From contig JBKQLU010000044.1 in assembly GCA_052326585.1 (NCBI GenBank), positions 9,299 through 73,298 on the forward strand: a stretch of 64,000 bases of DNA, in the 5' to 3' direction. How positions within the stretch are numbered: the stretch's first letter is position 1; each line of letters begins with the position of its first letter. The notes below the pieces were generated by a model. The model searched no databases, had not been told where the DNA came from, and saw only the letters and a program-made list of their open reading frames with translations. Below are positions 54,965-64,000 of this stretch, piece after piece. Position numbers and translations under genes: made by a program. Source of the DNA: Desulfobaccales bacterium (GTDB lineage: Bacteria; Desulfobacterota; Desulfobaccia; Desulfobaccales; 0-14-0-80-60-11).

Positions 54965-55600
54965 ATGCGGAAAAAAGCTTACCTGTTCTGTGTGTTAGCG
55001 GCGCTGCTAGTGGCGTTGCCGGTGGCGGCCCAGGCGGATATTGCCATCAATTATCCGGGAACCCCGGCCAACTTCTATTGGGATGGCATAACTGATATCG
55101 GCTGGAACTACACCCCGGCAACCACCATTACCGTAACCGAGATTCTAAGTACATTTCAAACCGCCAGTCCCACTAACAATGACACGACCCTCACCGTCGG
55201 GATTTATAACCAGGTGGCCGGCACCCTGCTTGAATCAGTCTCCTTTAACCCCTCCTTGGCTGGCGGAGCTCTCTTTACCACCCCGCTGACGCTGACGGGA
55301 GGAACCCAATACTTTATCGATTATTCTGGGTGGGCCCTGAATAATGAGACCGGGGTGAATTCCGAAGGAATACCTGGTGACGATGGTACTGTACCACCGC
55401 CAGGCGCAACATTACTTGCAGGTTATTTCGACAACAATGCCGCGGATCCCATTGCGTCAAGTACCTGGCCCGAGGCGGCGATCCTGGATATCGTCACCGA
55501 GACTGTCGTTCCGGTGGTCCCCTTGCCGCCTTCGCTGCTGTTGCTGGGCTCGGGCCTGCTGGGAATGGCCGGCTTCGGCTGGAGGAGGAGGAAAGCTTGA
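54965..55600 (+). CDS. Secreted PEP-CTERM protein (unknown N-terminal domain)
   Basis: Signal peptide MRKKAYLFCVLAALLVALPVAAQA, C-terminal VPLPPSLLLLGSGLLGMAGFGWRRRKA, RBS AAAGGAGGGGAT-ATG. Confidence 0.8.
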   Translation: MRKKAYLFCVLAALLVALPVAAQADIAINYPGTPANFYWDGITDIGWNYTPATTITVTEILSTFQTASPTNNDTTLTVGIYNQVAGTLLESVSFNPSLAGGALFTTPLTLTGGTQYFIDYSGWALNNETGVNSEGIPGDDGTVPPPGATLLAGYFDNNAADPIASSTWPEAAILDIVTETVVPVVPLPPSLLLLGSGLLGMAGFGWRRRKA

Positions 55601-55763
55601 GAGGAGGCAGTTCGGTTTGCAAGTAAGCTAACTGGAACTTGTCCCTGTTTCGGCGTCAGGATAGGCAACCTGATAGAATAGAGGGATACCTGGCGGGATT
55701 AATGCGTATAAAATTCATGAACTAAATTAAGGGTCCGCCCTTAAGCCAAGTTTCCCTCTTTGA

Positions 55764-55801
55764 CTGGCCGAGAACTCCCACTCCCGGCCAGTTTTATTTT
55801 T
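55764..55801 (+). terminator. Rho-independent terminator
   Basis: CTGGCCG-agaactcccactc-CGGCCAG plus TTTTATTTTT. Confidence 0.55.
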
Positions 55802-56024
55802 GCCCAAATTCAACTTTACCAGTTCGTCTTCCTTAGTGCTGCGGCTGCCAATCACCATGCGCAGAATTGCGGAGAAATTTGTGGAGAGAAGTATCAGGTT
55901 GCCTTGACCGTGAACGGCATTGTGGTGCCCAGGTGGTTGAGCCTCCTTGGCTTTCTGTTCACCGGCGGCCCGGCCATGATGATATGGCGGGAAAATCGGC
56001 ACAAGTAGCAGGGCGCTACTAATC

Positions 56025-56414
56025 ATGAGACGGCTTCTCTTTATCTTAGTCATATCAATAATAATGCTGGCGGCCCTGGGCTGCCTTTTCGAAAAAGCCC
56101 TTACCCATTTCAATCTATTCCCTAAGATGGCCAATGAAAACTATTTCTCAACCGGATTGGGGTTTCTATGTGCCATTATCGGAGTGGTAGGCGCCTGGAT
56201 CGCCACCCGGGCGCATCCTGAACAGATAGAAAATCTAGCTCTTTCTCTTCCTATTATGACGCTTGGGCTTATAGAAATCGGGGCGATGTCAGCCGTTGTC
56301 GCGGGAATATGCTTAACCCCGATAAATTGGCTGGTAGGAGTGGGGCTAATTATTGGCTTTGGATTTTTTGTATATCTATTCGGGAAAATGATTAAGATTA
56401 AGATATCCAGGTAA
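56025..56414 (+). CDS. Hypothetical integral membrane protein (129 aa)
   Basis: Four hydrophobic segments. No family recognised. G+C is lower. Confidence 0.45.
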   Translation: MRRLLFILVISIIMLAALGCLFEKALTHFNLFPKMANENYFSTGLGFLCAIIGVVGAWIATRAHPEQIENLALSLPIMTLGLIEIGAMSAVVAGICLTPINWLVGVGLIIGFGFFVYLFGKMIKIKISR

Positions 56415-56470
56415 GCTGCCCTGGAAAAATCGGCTTTAAAATAAGGTTAGCCCTCTGGGGTGGAAACGCC

Positions 56471-57466
56471 ATGAGTATGCATTCGAGATTTGCCCAAAAG
56501 ATCGAGGAATATCACGAGACCTGGACCATGGTGCCCGCCGTGGACATGCACCTTCATCTGGTAAATTTTCTTCAGGACGGCGAAGGGATGAATCACCTCC
56601 TGGAGGCTATGAACCAGGGCAATATCCTTAAGGCCGTGGTTTTTGGCCTTCCCGTGAAGAAAAAGTGGGATTCCATCGAACCGCTCAAGCCCTCATACTA
56701 CCTGGATGATAATTCCCGGTGCTATTACTGGGTGGGAACCGATGAGATCGTAGCCCATGAGTATACCCGGCTGGCGCCGGAGGACCGGAACCGCATTGCC
56801 CCCTGTTTATGCGGCTTCAACCCCACCGACATGACCTGCAGCGATTATATCGAGTACATGTTCGAAAAATATCCTTTTTGGAAGGGGATTGGCGAAATAC
56901 TCTGCCGGCATGATGATCTGACCAACCTGACCCTGGATGAAACCGCCAGGGTCAATCATGCCGCGCTCACCAAGGTCTTTGAGTTCGGGGCCAGGAAAAA
57001 GATTCCGGTGTGCGTGCACCATAACAGCACCTCCGTGGGCCCGCACCCGCAATATGAATATCTCCATGAACTGCGGGATGTTCTGGACCGGCATCCGGAT
57101 ACCACGGTGGTGTGGCCCCATTGCGGCGGTTCCCGGCGGGTCTATCACCCGGAATATTATCGCATGGTGAGTGGCTTGTTAAATGAGTACCCGCAACTTT
57201 ATGTGGATTTTTCCTGGGTCGTATATGAGGACCTCATCTGCCAACCGCGCCGCGGTGAACGGGAACCGCTGATTCCCCGGCAGGAGTGGCTTGAAGAAGT
57301 GGTCCTCCCATATCAAGGGCGGATAATGCTCGGCAGCGACCTGTGCGGCAAATTCGACCAGGCGGGGAGGACCATGGCCCGTTATAACGGCCTCTTGGAG
57401 GCCCTGCCGGTGGAGGCCAGGGAAAAGCTGGCTCGCCTCAATGCCGAAGCATTGTGGTTTGGCTAA
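56471..57466 (+). CDS. Amidohydrolase-2 family (TIM-barrel metal-dependent hydrolase/decarboxylase)
   Basis: 331 aa with an early D.H.H metal motif (AVDMHLHLV) and later HCGG and GSD blocks. Confidence 0.65.
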   Translation: MSMHSRFAQKIEEYHETWTMVPAVDMHLHLVNFLQDGEGMNHLLEAMNQGNILKAVVFGLPVKKKWDSIEPLKPSYYLDDNSRCYYWVGTDEIVAHEYTRLAPEDRNRIAPCLCGFNPTDMTCSDYIEYMFEKYPFWKGIGEILCRHDDLTNLTLDETARVNHAALTKVFEFGARKKIPVCVHHNSTSVGPHPQYEYLHELRDVLDRHPDTTVVWPHCGGSRRVYHPEYYRMVSGLLNEYPQLYVDFSWVVYEDLICQPRRGEREPLIPRQEWLEEVVLPYQGRIMLGSDLCGKFDQAGRTMARYNGLLEALPVEAREKLARLNAEALWFG

Positions 57467-57569
57467 AAGCTTCCAGTAATCGCCGCCGCGGCGCGGTTTC
57501 CATCCGAGCCTAAGCCCCTCCTGGCCCGCCAGGGTTTAAAGGGGCAGGCCAGCGAGGGCTTCGGAGCTC

Positions 57570-57800
57570 TCAGCCGGCCTGCACGCCTTTGGCGATGCGG
57601 TCGCCGATCTCCTTATCGATCTTGCGCCAGTATTCGAAGGCCCGCTGCAGCACGGGAGCGGAGACGCCTTTCTTCAGGTGTCCGACGACGTTGGACGCCA
57701 GCCGGTCGCGCTGGGCCGCGATCTTCTCTGCCAGGACCAGATCTGGAGTCTCAGGCGCTCCAAAAGAACTTTTGCTTGATTCGATCCCGCAAATTTGACA
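57570..57800 (-). pseudogene. C-terminal fragment of a monofunctional catalase (catalase-related domain)
   Basis: The minus-strand frame, open without any ATG, reads ...PETPDLVLAEKIAAQRDRLASNVVGHLKKGVSAPVLQRAFEYWRKIDKEIGDRIAKGVQAG*. This matches the pattern RL..N..GHL......Q.R....F.K.D...G.R.A.G at the end of catalases, as I recall it. Confidence 0.5.
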
Positions 57801-57921
57801 TCATATGGCAGGATTACCCGGCGAAATTTTTCGCCATTTTAGGTCATTCGCCAATTTTTTTCAGGCCCCTCAGCCTGAATGGATAAATCGGCCCCGGGGT
57901 AAACCAGCTCCGGAGGAATCC

Positions 57922-59895
57922 ATGCTCATCATCGGGGTTGATACTGGCGGCACCTTCACCGACTTCATCTGGAAGGACGGCAGCCAGTGGGGCGAATACA
58001 AGACCCTGTCCACCCCTGCCAATCCCGCCGAAGCAGTCCTGGCCGGCATTCGCCATATTGCCGGGGACCGCGATTTCGAAATCGTGCACGGTTCTACGGT
58101 AGCCACCAATTCGATCCTGGAAAAGAAGGGGGCAAAAACGGCCCTGATCACCAACTCCGGGTTTGAGGACGTGATCGAAATCGCCCGCCAAAACCGGCAG
58201 GTTCTCTACGACTTTTCCTATCGTAAAAATCCTCCCCTGGTTCCCCGCTCCCTCCGTTTCGGGCTGAAGTGCCGCGTCGATTCGGCCGGCAACATCCTCG
58301 AAGCACTCGATCCCGGTCAGGTCCGGGCTCTCCTGGCGCCATTGCAAACCGCCCAGGTCGAATCGATTGCCGTTTCCCTGCTCTTCTCTTTCAAGAACCC
58401 GGAACATGAGTGCACGGTGCGCCAGGAAATCCTGGAACTCGGCATCCCCATCTCCCTCTCCCATGAGACCCTGGCGGAGTTCCGCGAGTACGAGCGCACC
58501 TCGACGACGGTTATCAACGCCTACGTCTCTCCCAAGATGGGACGCTACATCACTTTTCTGAAAAACCATCTGGGCAGCCGCCGTTTCCGCATCATGCAAT
58601 CCAACGGCGGCAGTATTTCCGCGGCTACCGCCATGTCCGAATCGGTCCGCACGATTCTCTCGGGGCCCGCGGGTGGCGCGGTCGGCGCCTTCGAAATCGG
58701 CAAGACCGCGGGATTCGACCGGTTGATCACCTTCGACATGGGGGGCACCTCGACCGATGTCGCCCTGATCGACGGTAAACTGCCGCTCACCATGGAATCG
58801 AACCTCGGCGGCTACCCGGTGAAGGTGCCCATGATCGACATTCACACCGTCGGCGCCGGGGGCGGCTCCATCGCCGCCATCGATGCCGGCGGCGCCCTGA
58901 AAGTCGGCCCGGAAAGTGCCGGCGCCGATCCTGGCCCGATCTGCTATGGGAGAGGCTCCGAGATTACAGTCACCGACGCCAACCTGTTTCTCGGCCGCCT
59001 GGTTCCCGACCATTTTCTCGGCGGCGCCATGAGCCTGAAAACCGCCGGACTCGAAGCTCATTTTCGGCAGATGGCGGACCTGCTGGGTTTGCGGCCGACC
59101 GAACTTGCCGAAGGGGTCCTGGCGGTGGCCAATACCACCATGGAGAGGGCCATCAAGGTTATTTCCGTGGAGCGCGGCTTCGATCCCAGGGAATTCACCC
59201 TCTTTTCCTTTGGCGGCGCCGGCGGCATGCACGCCGCCTATCTGGCCCGCGGCCTGGACATCCCGCGCGTCCTGATTCCTCGCAACGCCGGCATCCTGTC
59301 GGCCTGCGGCATGCTGATGTCGGACGTCATCAAGGACTATTCCCAGACCGTTATGCTGCCGGAAGAGGAAGTCTCCCCGGAGGTTTTGGCAAGGCTTTTC
59401 GCCCCGCTGGAAGAGCGGGGCACCGAGGAATTGCTGGCCGAGGGGGTTGCCGCGGCCCGGATCCGGCTTGAACCATATCTGGATATGCGTTACCGCGGCC
59501 AGTCGTTCGAGGTCCTCGTGCCCCTGGACCTCGATTTTCGAGAGACTTTTCATGGTCTGCACGAAAGACTCTACGGCTACTGCAACCGGGACAAGGCCGT
59601 TGAGGTCGTCAACCTGCGCCTGCGGGCGGTGGGCGCCCAGGAGAAGCCGAACTTTCCCCGCCTCCCGCCGGCCGGCCGGGAAATTCCAGAAGACGCCCTG
59701 CTGGGGGAAAATCGGGTCTATTTCGATCGTGACCCCCTCACGGCGAAGGTCATAGCCCGGGACCGGCTGGGCTACGGGAACCTCTTCAGAGGGCCCGCCA
59801 TCGTGGTCGAATACTCCTCGACCATTGTCGTACCCCCTTTTGCCACGGCTGCGGTCGATGTCTTTGGTAACATCATTCTCACCCTGGACGCCTGA
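57922..59895 (+). CDS. hyuA: Hydantoinase/oxoprolinase family, A (beta) subunit
   Basis: MLIIGVDTGGTFTDF start, HGSTVATNSILEKKGAKTALITN.GF.DV, TFDMGGTSTDV. RBS GGAGGAATCC-ATG at 57922. Confidence 0.85.
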   Translation: MLIIGVDTGGTFTDFIWKDGSQWGEYKTLSTPANPAEAVLAGIRHIAGDRDFEIVHGSTVATNSILEKKGAKTALITNSGFEDVIEIARQNRQVLYDFSYRKNPPLVPRSLRFGLKCRVDSAGNILEALDPGQVRALLAPLQTAQVESIAVSLLFSFKNPEHECTVRQEILELGIPISLSHETLAEFREYERTSTTVINAYVSPKMGRYITFLKNHLGSRRFRIMQSNGGSISAATAMSESVRTILSGPAGGAVGAFEIGKTAGFDRLITFDMGGTSTDVALIDGKLPLTMESNLGGYPVKVPMIDIHTVGAGGGSIAAIDAGGALKVGPESAGADPGPICYGRGSEITVTDANLFLGRLVPDHFLGGAMSLKTAGLEAHFRQMADLLGLRPTELAEGVLAVANTTMERAIKVISVERGFDPREFTLFSFGGAGGMHAAYLARGLDIPRVLIPRNAGILSACGMLMSDVIKDYSQTVMLPEEEVSPEVLARLFAPLEERGTEELLAEGVAAARIRLEPYLDMRYRGQSFEVLVPLDLDFRETFHGLHERLYGYCNRDKAVEVVNLRLRAVGAQEKPNFPRLPPAGREIPEDALLGENRVYFDRDPLTAKVIARDRLGYGNLFRGPAIVVEYSSTIVVPPFATAAVDVFGNIILTLDA

Positions 59896-59906
59896 AGGAT
59901 GCCGCC

Positions 59907-61484
59907 ATGACGGTTAATCCCATCCTGATGCAGGTCTTCAAGAACCGCTTCGCGTCGATAAGCGAGGAGATGGGAGTCACCCTGAACCGGACTGCCTTCT
60001 CGCCCAATATCAAGGAGCGCCGGGATTTCTCCTGCGCCATTTTCGATGCCGGCGGCGAAATGATCGCCCAGGCCGCGCATATTCCCGTCCATCTGGGCTC
60101 CATGCCCCTTTCAGTGCGCGCCGCCATCGACGGCTGCCGATTCGAGGCCGGGGATATGGTGATGCTTAACAACCCTTTTCAGGGCGGGACCCATCTCCCC
60201 GATATCACCATCGTCGCGCCGGTCTTCTGCGATGGCCCGCAACCGGCCTACTACGTGGCCAATCGGGCGCATCACGCCGATGTCGGCGGCATGACCTCGG
60301 GTTCCATGCCCCTTTCGACCTCGATCTTTCAGGAAGGGATTATCATTTCGCCCCTGAAGATCGTCGAGCACGGCGCCGTAGACCGTAAGATCATGGATTT
60401 CCTAAAGACCAACGTACGCACCCCCCTGGAACGGGAGGGGGATTTCGCCGCCCAGATAATGGCCAATCTGACCGGTATCCAGCGGACCATGGAGCTTCTG
60501 AAAAAATACGGCCTGGATCGGGTCAATTTCTATGCCGAGAGTCTCAAGGACTATGCCGAACGGGTCATGCGCGCCACCATCGAAGCGATCCCGGACGGGC
60601 ACTACCGGTTCACCGACGTCTTGGACGGCGACGGCATCGGCACTGAACAGATTGCCATTCGCCTCGAGATGCGGGTGGCCGGGGACCTGGTCAGGCTCGA
60701 TTTCAGCGAGAGCGACCCCCAGGTGGCCGGGAGCGTCAACGCGGTGCGGGCCATTACGCTCTCGGCGGTCCTGTATGTCTTTCGCTCACTGATCCGCGAG
60801 GATGTGCCGACCAACGCCGGCATCCTCAGGCCCATGGAGATCATCACCAAGCCCGGGACCATCGTGGACGCCAAGTTTCCGGCTGCCGTCGCCGGCGGTA
60901 ATGTCGAGACCTCCCAGCGCATCGTTGACGTCCTGCTCGGGGCGCTCTCGGCGGCGCTGCCGGGCATCGCTCCCGCGGCCAGCCAGGGGACTATGAACAA
61001 CCTGACCATCGGCGGGATCGACCCGCGCACCGGCAATCCTTTTGCCTATTACGAAACCCTGGGTGGCGGCGTTGGCGCCACGGCAGGCAACCACGGCGAG
61101 TCGGCCATGCACTCCCACATGACCAGCACCCTGAACACGCCCATCGAAGCCCTCGAATTCGCCTATCCCTTGCAGGTGACTGAATATTCGGTCCGGAAAG
61201 GTTCGGGGGGCAAAGGCCGTTTCAATGGCGGAGATGGCCTGGTCAGGGAAATCAGGTTGCTCTGCGATGCCGAAGTGACCGTGCTCTCCGAGCGGCGTGC
61301 CAACGCCCCTTATGGACTCGCCGGGGGCGATCCGGGCCAGCCCGGGAAGAATACCCTGGTCCAAAAGGGGCAGACGCGCATCATGCCGGGGAAGTTCTCG
61401 GTGCGTCTGCAGGCGGGCGACCTGGTGCGCATCGAAACTCCCGGGGGCGGAGGATACGGCCAGCCGCGGCCCCCGGCCGAATGA
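59907..61484 (+). CDS. hyuB: Hydantoinase B/oxoprolinase family, B (alpha) subunit
   Basis: NPILMQVFKNRFASISEEMGVTLNRTAFSPNIKERRDFSCAIFDAGGEMIAQA, NDPF-like NNPFQGGTHLPD. Confidence 0.85.
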   Translation: MTVNPILMQVFKNRFASISEEMGVTLNRTAFSPNIKERRDFSCAIFDAGGEMIAQAAHIPVHLGSMPLSVRAAIDGCRFEAGDMVMLNNPFQGGTHLPDITIVAPVFCDGPQPAYYVANRAHHADVGGMTSGSMPLSTSIFQEGIIISPLKIVEHGAVDRKIMDFLKTNVRTPLEREGDFAAQIMANLTGIQRTMELLKKYGLDRVNFYAESLKDYAERVMRATIEAIPDGHYRFTDVLDGDGIGTEQIAIRLEMRVAGDLVRLDFSESDPQVAGSVNAVRAITLSAVLYVFRSLIREDVPTNAGILRPMEIITKPGTIVDAKFPAAVAGGNVETSQRIVDVLLGALSAALPGIAPAASQGTMNNLTIGGIDPRTGNPFAYYETLGGGVGATAGNHGESAMHSHMTSTLNTPIEALEFAYPLQVTEYSVRKGSGGKGRFNGGDGLVREIRLLCDAEVTVLSERRANAPYGLAGGDPGQPGKNTLVQKGQTRIMPGKFSVRLQAGDLVRIETPGGGGYGQPRPPAE

Positions 61485-61632
61485 GGGGTGGATGGAAGGG
61501 CGGTCCGGCACGATCCACGGCAGCTCACCAAGGAGGACTGTTAGGCAGATTTTTTGTTGATGGAGCTAATGAATGAGAGTAAGAAAGATCTAGCACCTGG
61601 CGGGCGGCGTCAATCTCATCAACTTATACGGG

Positions 61633-62913
61633 GTGGCCATTATGATGGAACAACCGGTTCGAGAAGGTAAGCTGGCATGGATCTCGGAATTGAGTCCTCC
61701 CGAACGAAGCACCCTGGTCGCTACTTTCGGCGGTTGGGGGCTCGATGGGATGGACGTGATGGTCTACAGCTTCGTGATTCCCAGCCTGATTGCGGCCTGG
61801 CACATCAGCACCGGGGACGCCGGCTGGCTGGCTACCGCGGCGCTGCTAACCTCTGCGCTCGGCGGCTGGCTGGCCGGGTTGTTGGCAGACCGCTTCGGCC
61901 GCGCCAGAATTTTGCAGCTCACCATCTTATGGTTCGCGGTGTTCACCTTCTTAAGCGGCTTTACCAACTCATTCTGGGGCCTGCTCATGACGCGTGGCCT
62001 GCAAGGTCTCGGATTCGGCGGCGAATGGGCGGTCGGCTCGGTGCTGATGGGGGAAGCGATCCGCGCCAAACACCGCGGCAAGGCGGTTGGCGTCGTGCAG
62101 GGCGGATGGGCTGTCGGCTGGGCCATCGCGGCAATCTTTTCGGTCATCCTCTTTTCCTGGCTGCCGAAAGAATACGCCTGGCGCGCCATGTTCTGGATCG
62201 GGATTCTGCCGGCCTTGCTGGTCTTCTACATCAGGCGTAACGTGCCCGAGCCTGAGGTCTTCGCCAAGACCCGGGCAAAGGTTGCGGCTGAAGGCAATGC
62301 CCCGCATTTCCTGGATATTTTTGCTCCCGCGGTGCTGAAGACCACGATTCTGACCTCGATTCTCGGCGTGGGCGTCCAGGGGGGATACTACGCGGTCACC
62401 ACCTGGCTGCCAACTTATCTCAAGACCGTGCGTCACTTGTCCGTCCTGAACACGGGTTGGTACATGATCGTCATCATTGTCGGGTCGTTCTGCGGATACA
62501 TGATCAGTGCCTATCTGGCTGACGGTATCGGCCGCAAGAAGGCTCTGATCTTGTTCGCCGCCTGTTGCGCCCTGAGCGTCGTGGCTTATACCTATCTTCC
62601 CCTGGCCAACGGGCCGGTGATGCTGCTCCTGGGGTTCCCGCTGGGGTTCTTCGTCTCAGGCTCGTTCAGCCCGGTAGGTTCATTCTTCACCGAATTGTTC
62701 CCGAGCCATTTGCGCGGCTCCGGCCAGGGTTTTTCCTACAACATCGGGCGTGCCCTCGGCGCCCTGTTCCCGACCATGGTCGGCTATCTCAGCGCCATGT
62801 TGACCCTGGGAAAGGCGATTGCGCTGTTTGCGGTTGCCGCTTACGCCATCATGATTGTGGCCGTGCTGCTGCTGCCCGAAACCAGAGGCAAGGAGCTGCG
62901 GGTTTATGATTGA
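61633..62913 (+). CDS. MFS transporter
   Basis: 426 aa, 12 TM, loop motif LADRFGRARIL. The start is GTG 61633 or ATG 61642. Confidence 0.8.
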   Translation: MAIMMEQPVREGKLAWISELSPPERSTLVATFGGWGLDGMDVMVYSFVIPSLIAAWHISTGDAGWLATAALLTSALGGWLAGLLADRFGRARILQLTILWFAVFTFLSGFTNSFWGLLMTRGLQGLGFGGEWAVGSVLMGEAIRAKHRGKAVGVVQGGWAVGWAIAAIFSVILFSWLPKEYAWRAMFWIGILPALLVFYIRRNVPEPEVFAKTRAKVAAEGNAPHFLDIFAPAVLKTTILTSILGVGVQGGYYAVTTWLPTYLKTVRHLSVLNTGWYMIVIIVGSFCGYMISAYLADGIGRKKALILFAACCALSVVAYTYLPLANGPVMLLLGFPLGFFVSGSFSPVGSFFTELFPSHLRGSGQGFSYNIGRALGALFPTMVGYLSAMLTLGKAIALFAVAAYAIMIVAVLLLPETRGKELRVYD

Positions 62914-62925
62914 CGCGGCAGCTAA

Positions 62926-63792
62926 GTGATCGTACCAGGCCCACATCCTGACCCGGGGACGCCGAAGCAGACCGCGCCGGCGCATTCCTGCGATACCCAT
63001 GCGCACATCTTCGGTCCTGCCAATCTCTATCCCATGGTTGCCGGCCGCAGCTACACACCACCGGAGGCCGGCATACCCGCCTATGCGCGCCTGCTGAGCG
63101 CTCTGGGCCTGGAGCGGGCGGTCATCGTACAACCGAGCATCTATGGCAGCGACAATCGCCGCACCTATGACGCAGTCCGGCAATCAGGCGGGAAATGGCG
63201 CGGAGTTGCCGTGGTCCACCCTGAGGTAACGAGAGATGAATTACAGGCGCTCCACGAGGCGGGTTTCCGCGGCGTAAGGATCAACCTGCTTTTCAAGGCA
63301 GGCCTGATGATGGAGGTGCTGGAGCAGATGGCGCGGCGGATTGCGCCTTGGGGCTGGCACTTGCAATTGCTGGTGGATGGCCGCGACCTGGTGGACCTGG
63401 CGCCGCGCCTCCAGCAGTTGCCGGTGGTCTCGGTCATCGACCACCTGGGCCACCTGCCGGCGGCCTTGACCGTCAAGCACCCGGCCTTTGCGGCACTGCT
63501 GTCGCTGGTGCGGGAGGGCAGATGCTGGGTCAAGTTGTCGGGCGCCTATCGCATCTCCAGCAAGCCCTATCCTTACGACGACGTCGTCCCGCTGGCGCAA
63601 GCCCTGGTGGCGGCTGGCCCGGAGCACATGGTTTGGGGCAGCGACTGGCCGCACCCGTCTTTTGTGGGCGAGATGCCGGTGGATGCCGGCCTGCTCGATC
63701 TGCTGACGGAGTGGGTGCCGGATCCGCGCCTCCGGCACCGGGTCCTGGTCGAGAACCCGGCGAAATTGTATGATTTTCCGGCAGGCGACTAG
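62926..63792 (+). CDS. Amidohydrolase-2 family, LigI-like (2-pyrone-4,6-dicarboxylate lactonase type)
   Basis: CDTHAHIFGP, ...VIDHLGH..., WGSDWPHP, the hallmark blocks of this subfamily. Confidence 0.75.
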   Translation: MIVPGPHPDPGTPKQTAPAHSCDTHAHIFGPANLYPMVAGRSYTPPEAGIPAYARLLSALGLERAVIVQPSIYGSDNRRTYDAVRQSGGKWRGVAVVHPEVTRDELQALHEAGFRGVRINLLFKAGLMMEVLEQMARRIAPWGWHLQLLVDGRDLVDLAPRLQQLPVVSVIDHLGHLPAALTVKHPAFAALLSLVREGRCWVKLSGAYRISSKPYPYDDVVPLAQALVAAGPEHMVWGSDWPHPSFVGEMPVDAGLLDLLTEWVPDPRLRHRVLVENPAKLYDFPAGD

Positions 63793-63827
63793 CGCCCGGC
63801 GGGAAGCCGGCGGCGGCGGAGGCATTG

Positions 63828-64000
63828 ATGGCCACAGTTGAAACTCTCTTTTCTGGGTTCCCGGCTAAGAGCAGCCGCGGTTTTCTTGGCTGGAGCGCGG
63901 TTTATCTGGTAGTTACCAACCAGGGCAGGAAAATTCTCTTCGATACTGCCGGCTACAACGAGCGCGCCACCCTGGTCGCGGCGCTCACCCAGCGGCAGAT
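63828..64000 (+). CDS. Probable MBL-fold metallo-hydrolase, N-terminal part; continues past the window end
   Basis: RBS GGAGGCATTG-ATG. The sequence is MATVETLFSGFPAKSSRGFLGWSAVYLVVTNQGRKILFDTAGYNERATLVAAL... The family call is tentative because the HxHxDH motif would lie beyond the window. Confidence 0.4.
   Translation, partial: MATVETLFSGFPAKSSRGFLGWSAVYLVVTNQGRKILFDTAGYNERATLVAALTQRQ

Noticed and set aside
55727-56134. ORFs 55727-56134 (-) and 55760-56008 (+) downstream of the second PEP-CTERM gene
   Set aside because: They overlap each other and the terminator at 55764-55801. Neither has an RBS or a recognisable domain.
57844-59562. 572-aa ORF on the - strand (and 60786-61511 on the - strand)
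   Set aside because: Antisense shadows of hyuA and hyuB.

Overview
G+C-rich bacterial chromosomal segment. I saw no rRNA, CRISPR array, intact transposase or prophage. The gene content points to an anaerobic Desulfobacterota/deltaproteobacterium-like organism, but this is inference only. The supporting genes are LptD/HldE/TonB-ExbBD (diderm envelope), a GrdB-type selenoprotein, PEP-CTERM proteins, c-di-GMP-I and cobalamin riboswitches, and CbiMNQO/CbiK. Layout: (a) 1-4.4 kb: Liv-type ABC uptake genes and an MFS+LUD operon that share a duplicated promoter/operator. (b) 4.7-9.5 kb: a GrdE/GrdB-like reductase pair whose B subunit needs an in-frame UGA (selenocysteine), a decayed second grdB-like copy, and a Na+/solute symporter. 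(c) 9.6-21.5 kb: a housekeeping block with tRNA-Asn, tRNA-Gln, Usp, a cation/H+ antiporter, a dynamin-like GTPase, a histidine phosphatase, HldE, Ugd, LptD and tRNA-Arg. (d) 21.5-34 kb: a metal-uptake region. It holds an OprB-like porin, a 53-aa His/Cys-rich peptide absent from the ORF track, and a cobalamin-riboswitch-controlled cbiMNQO-cbiK operon bracketed by two paralogous small proteins. It also holds a TonB-dependent receptor with a tandemly duplicated structured leader, and exbB-exbD-tonB. (e) 34-43 kb: MscS, then a visibly lower-G+C block with a Crp/Fnr regulator, a five-gene NitT/TauT-type ABC importer and a PanB-like enzyme. (f) 43-55.6 kb: PEP-CTERM protein genes behind two c-di-GMP-I riboswitches, plus several orphan PEP-CTERM tail fragments that each carry a conserved terminator and downstream box. 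These are interleaved with queG-like/perR-like/katG, a DUF1537 kinase-LarA-like-MFS operon and a frameshifted integrase fragment. (g) 56.4-64 kb: a catabolic cluster of amidohydrolase, HyuA/HyuB (hydantoinase/oxoprolinase), MFS, LigI-like hydrolase and MBL-fold protein. Most long ORFs on the strand opposite these genes are high-G+C shadow ORFs. All family assignments rest on my recognition of sequence motifs; no database search was run.
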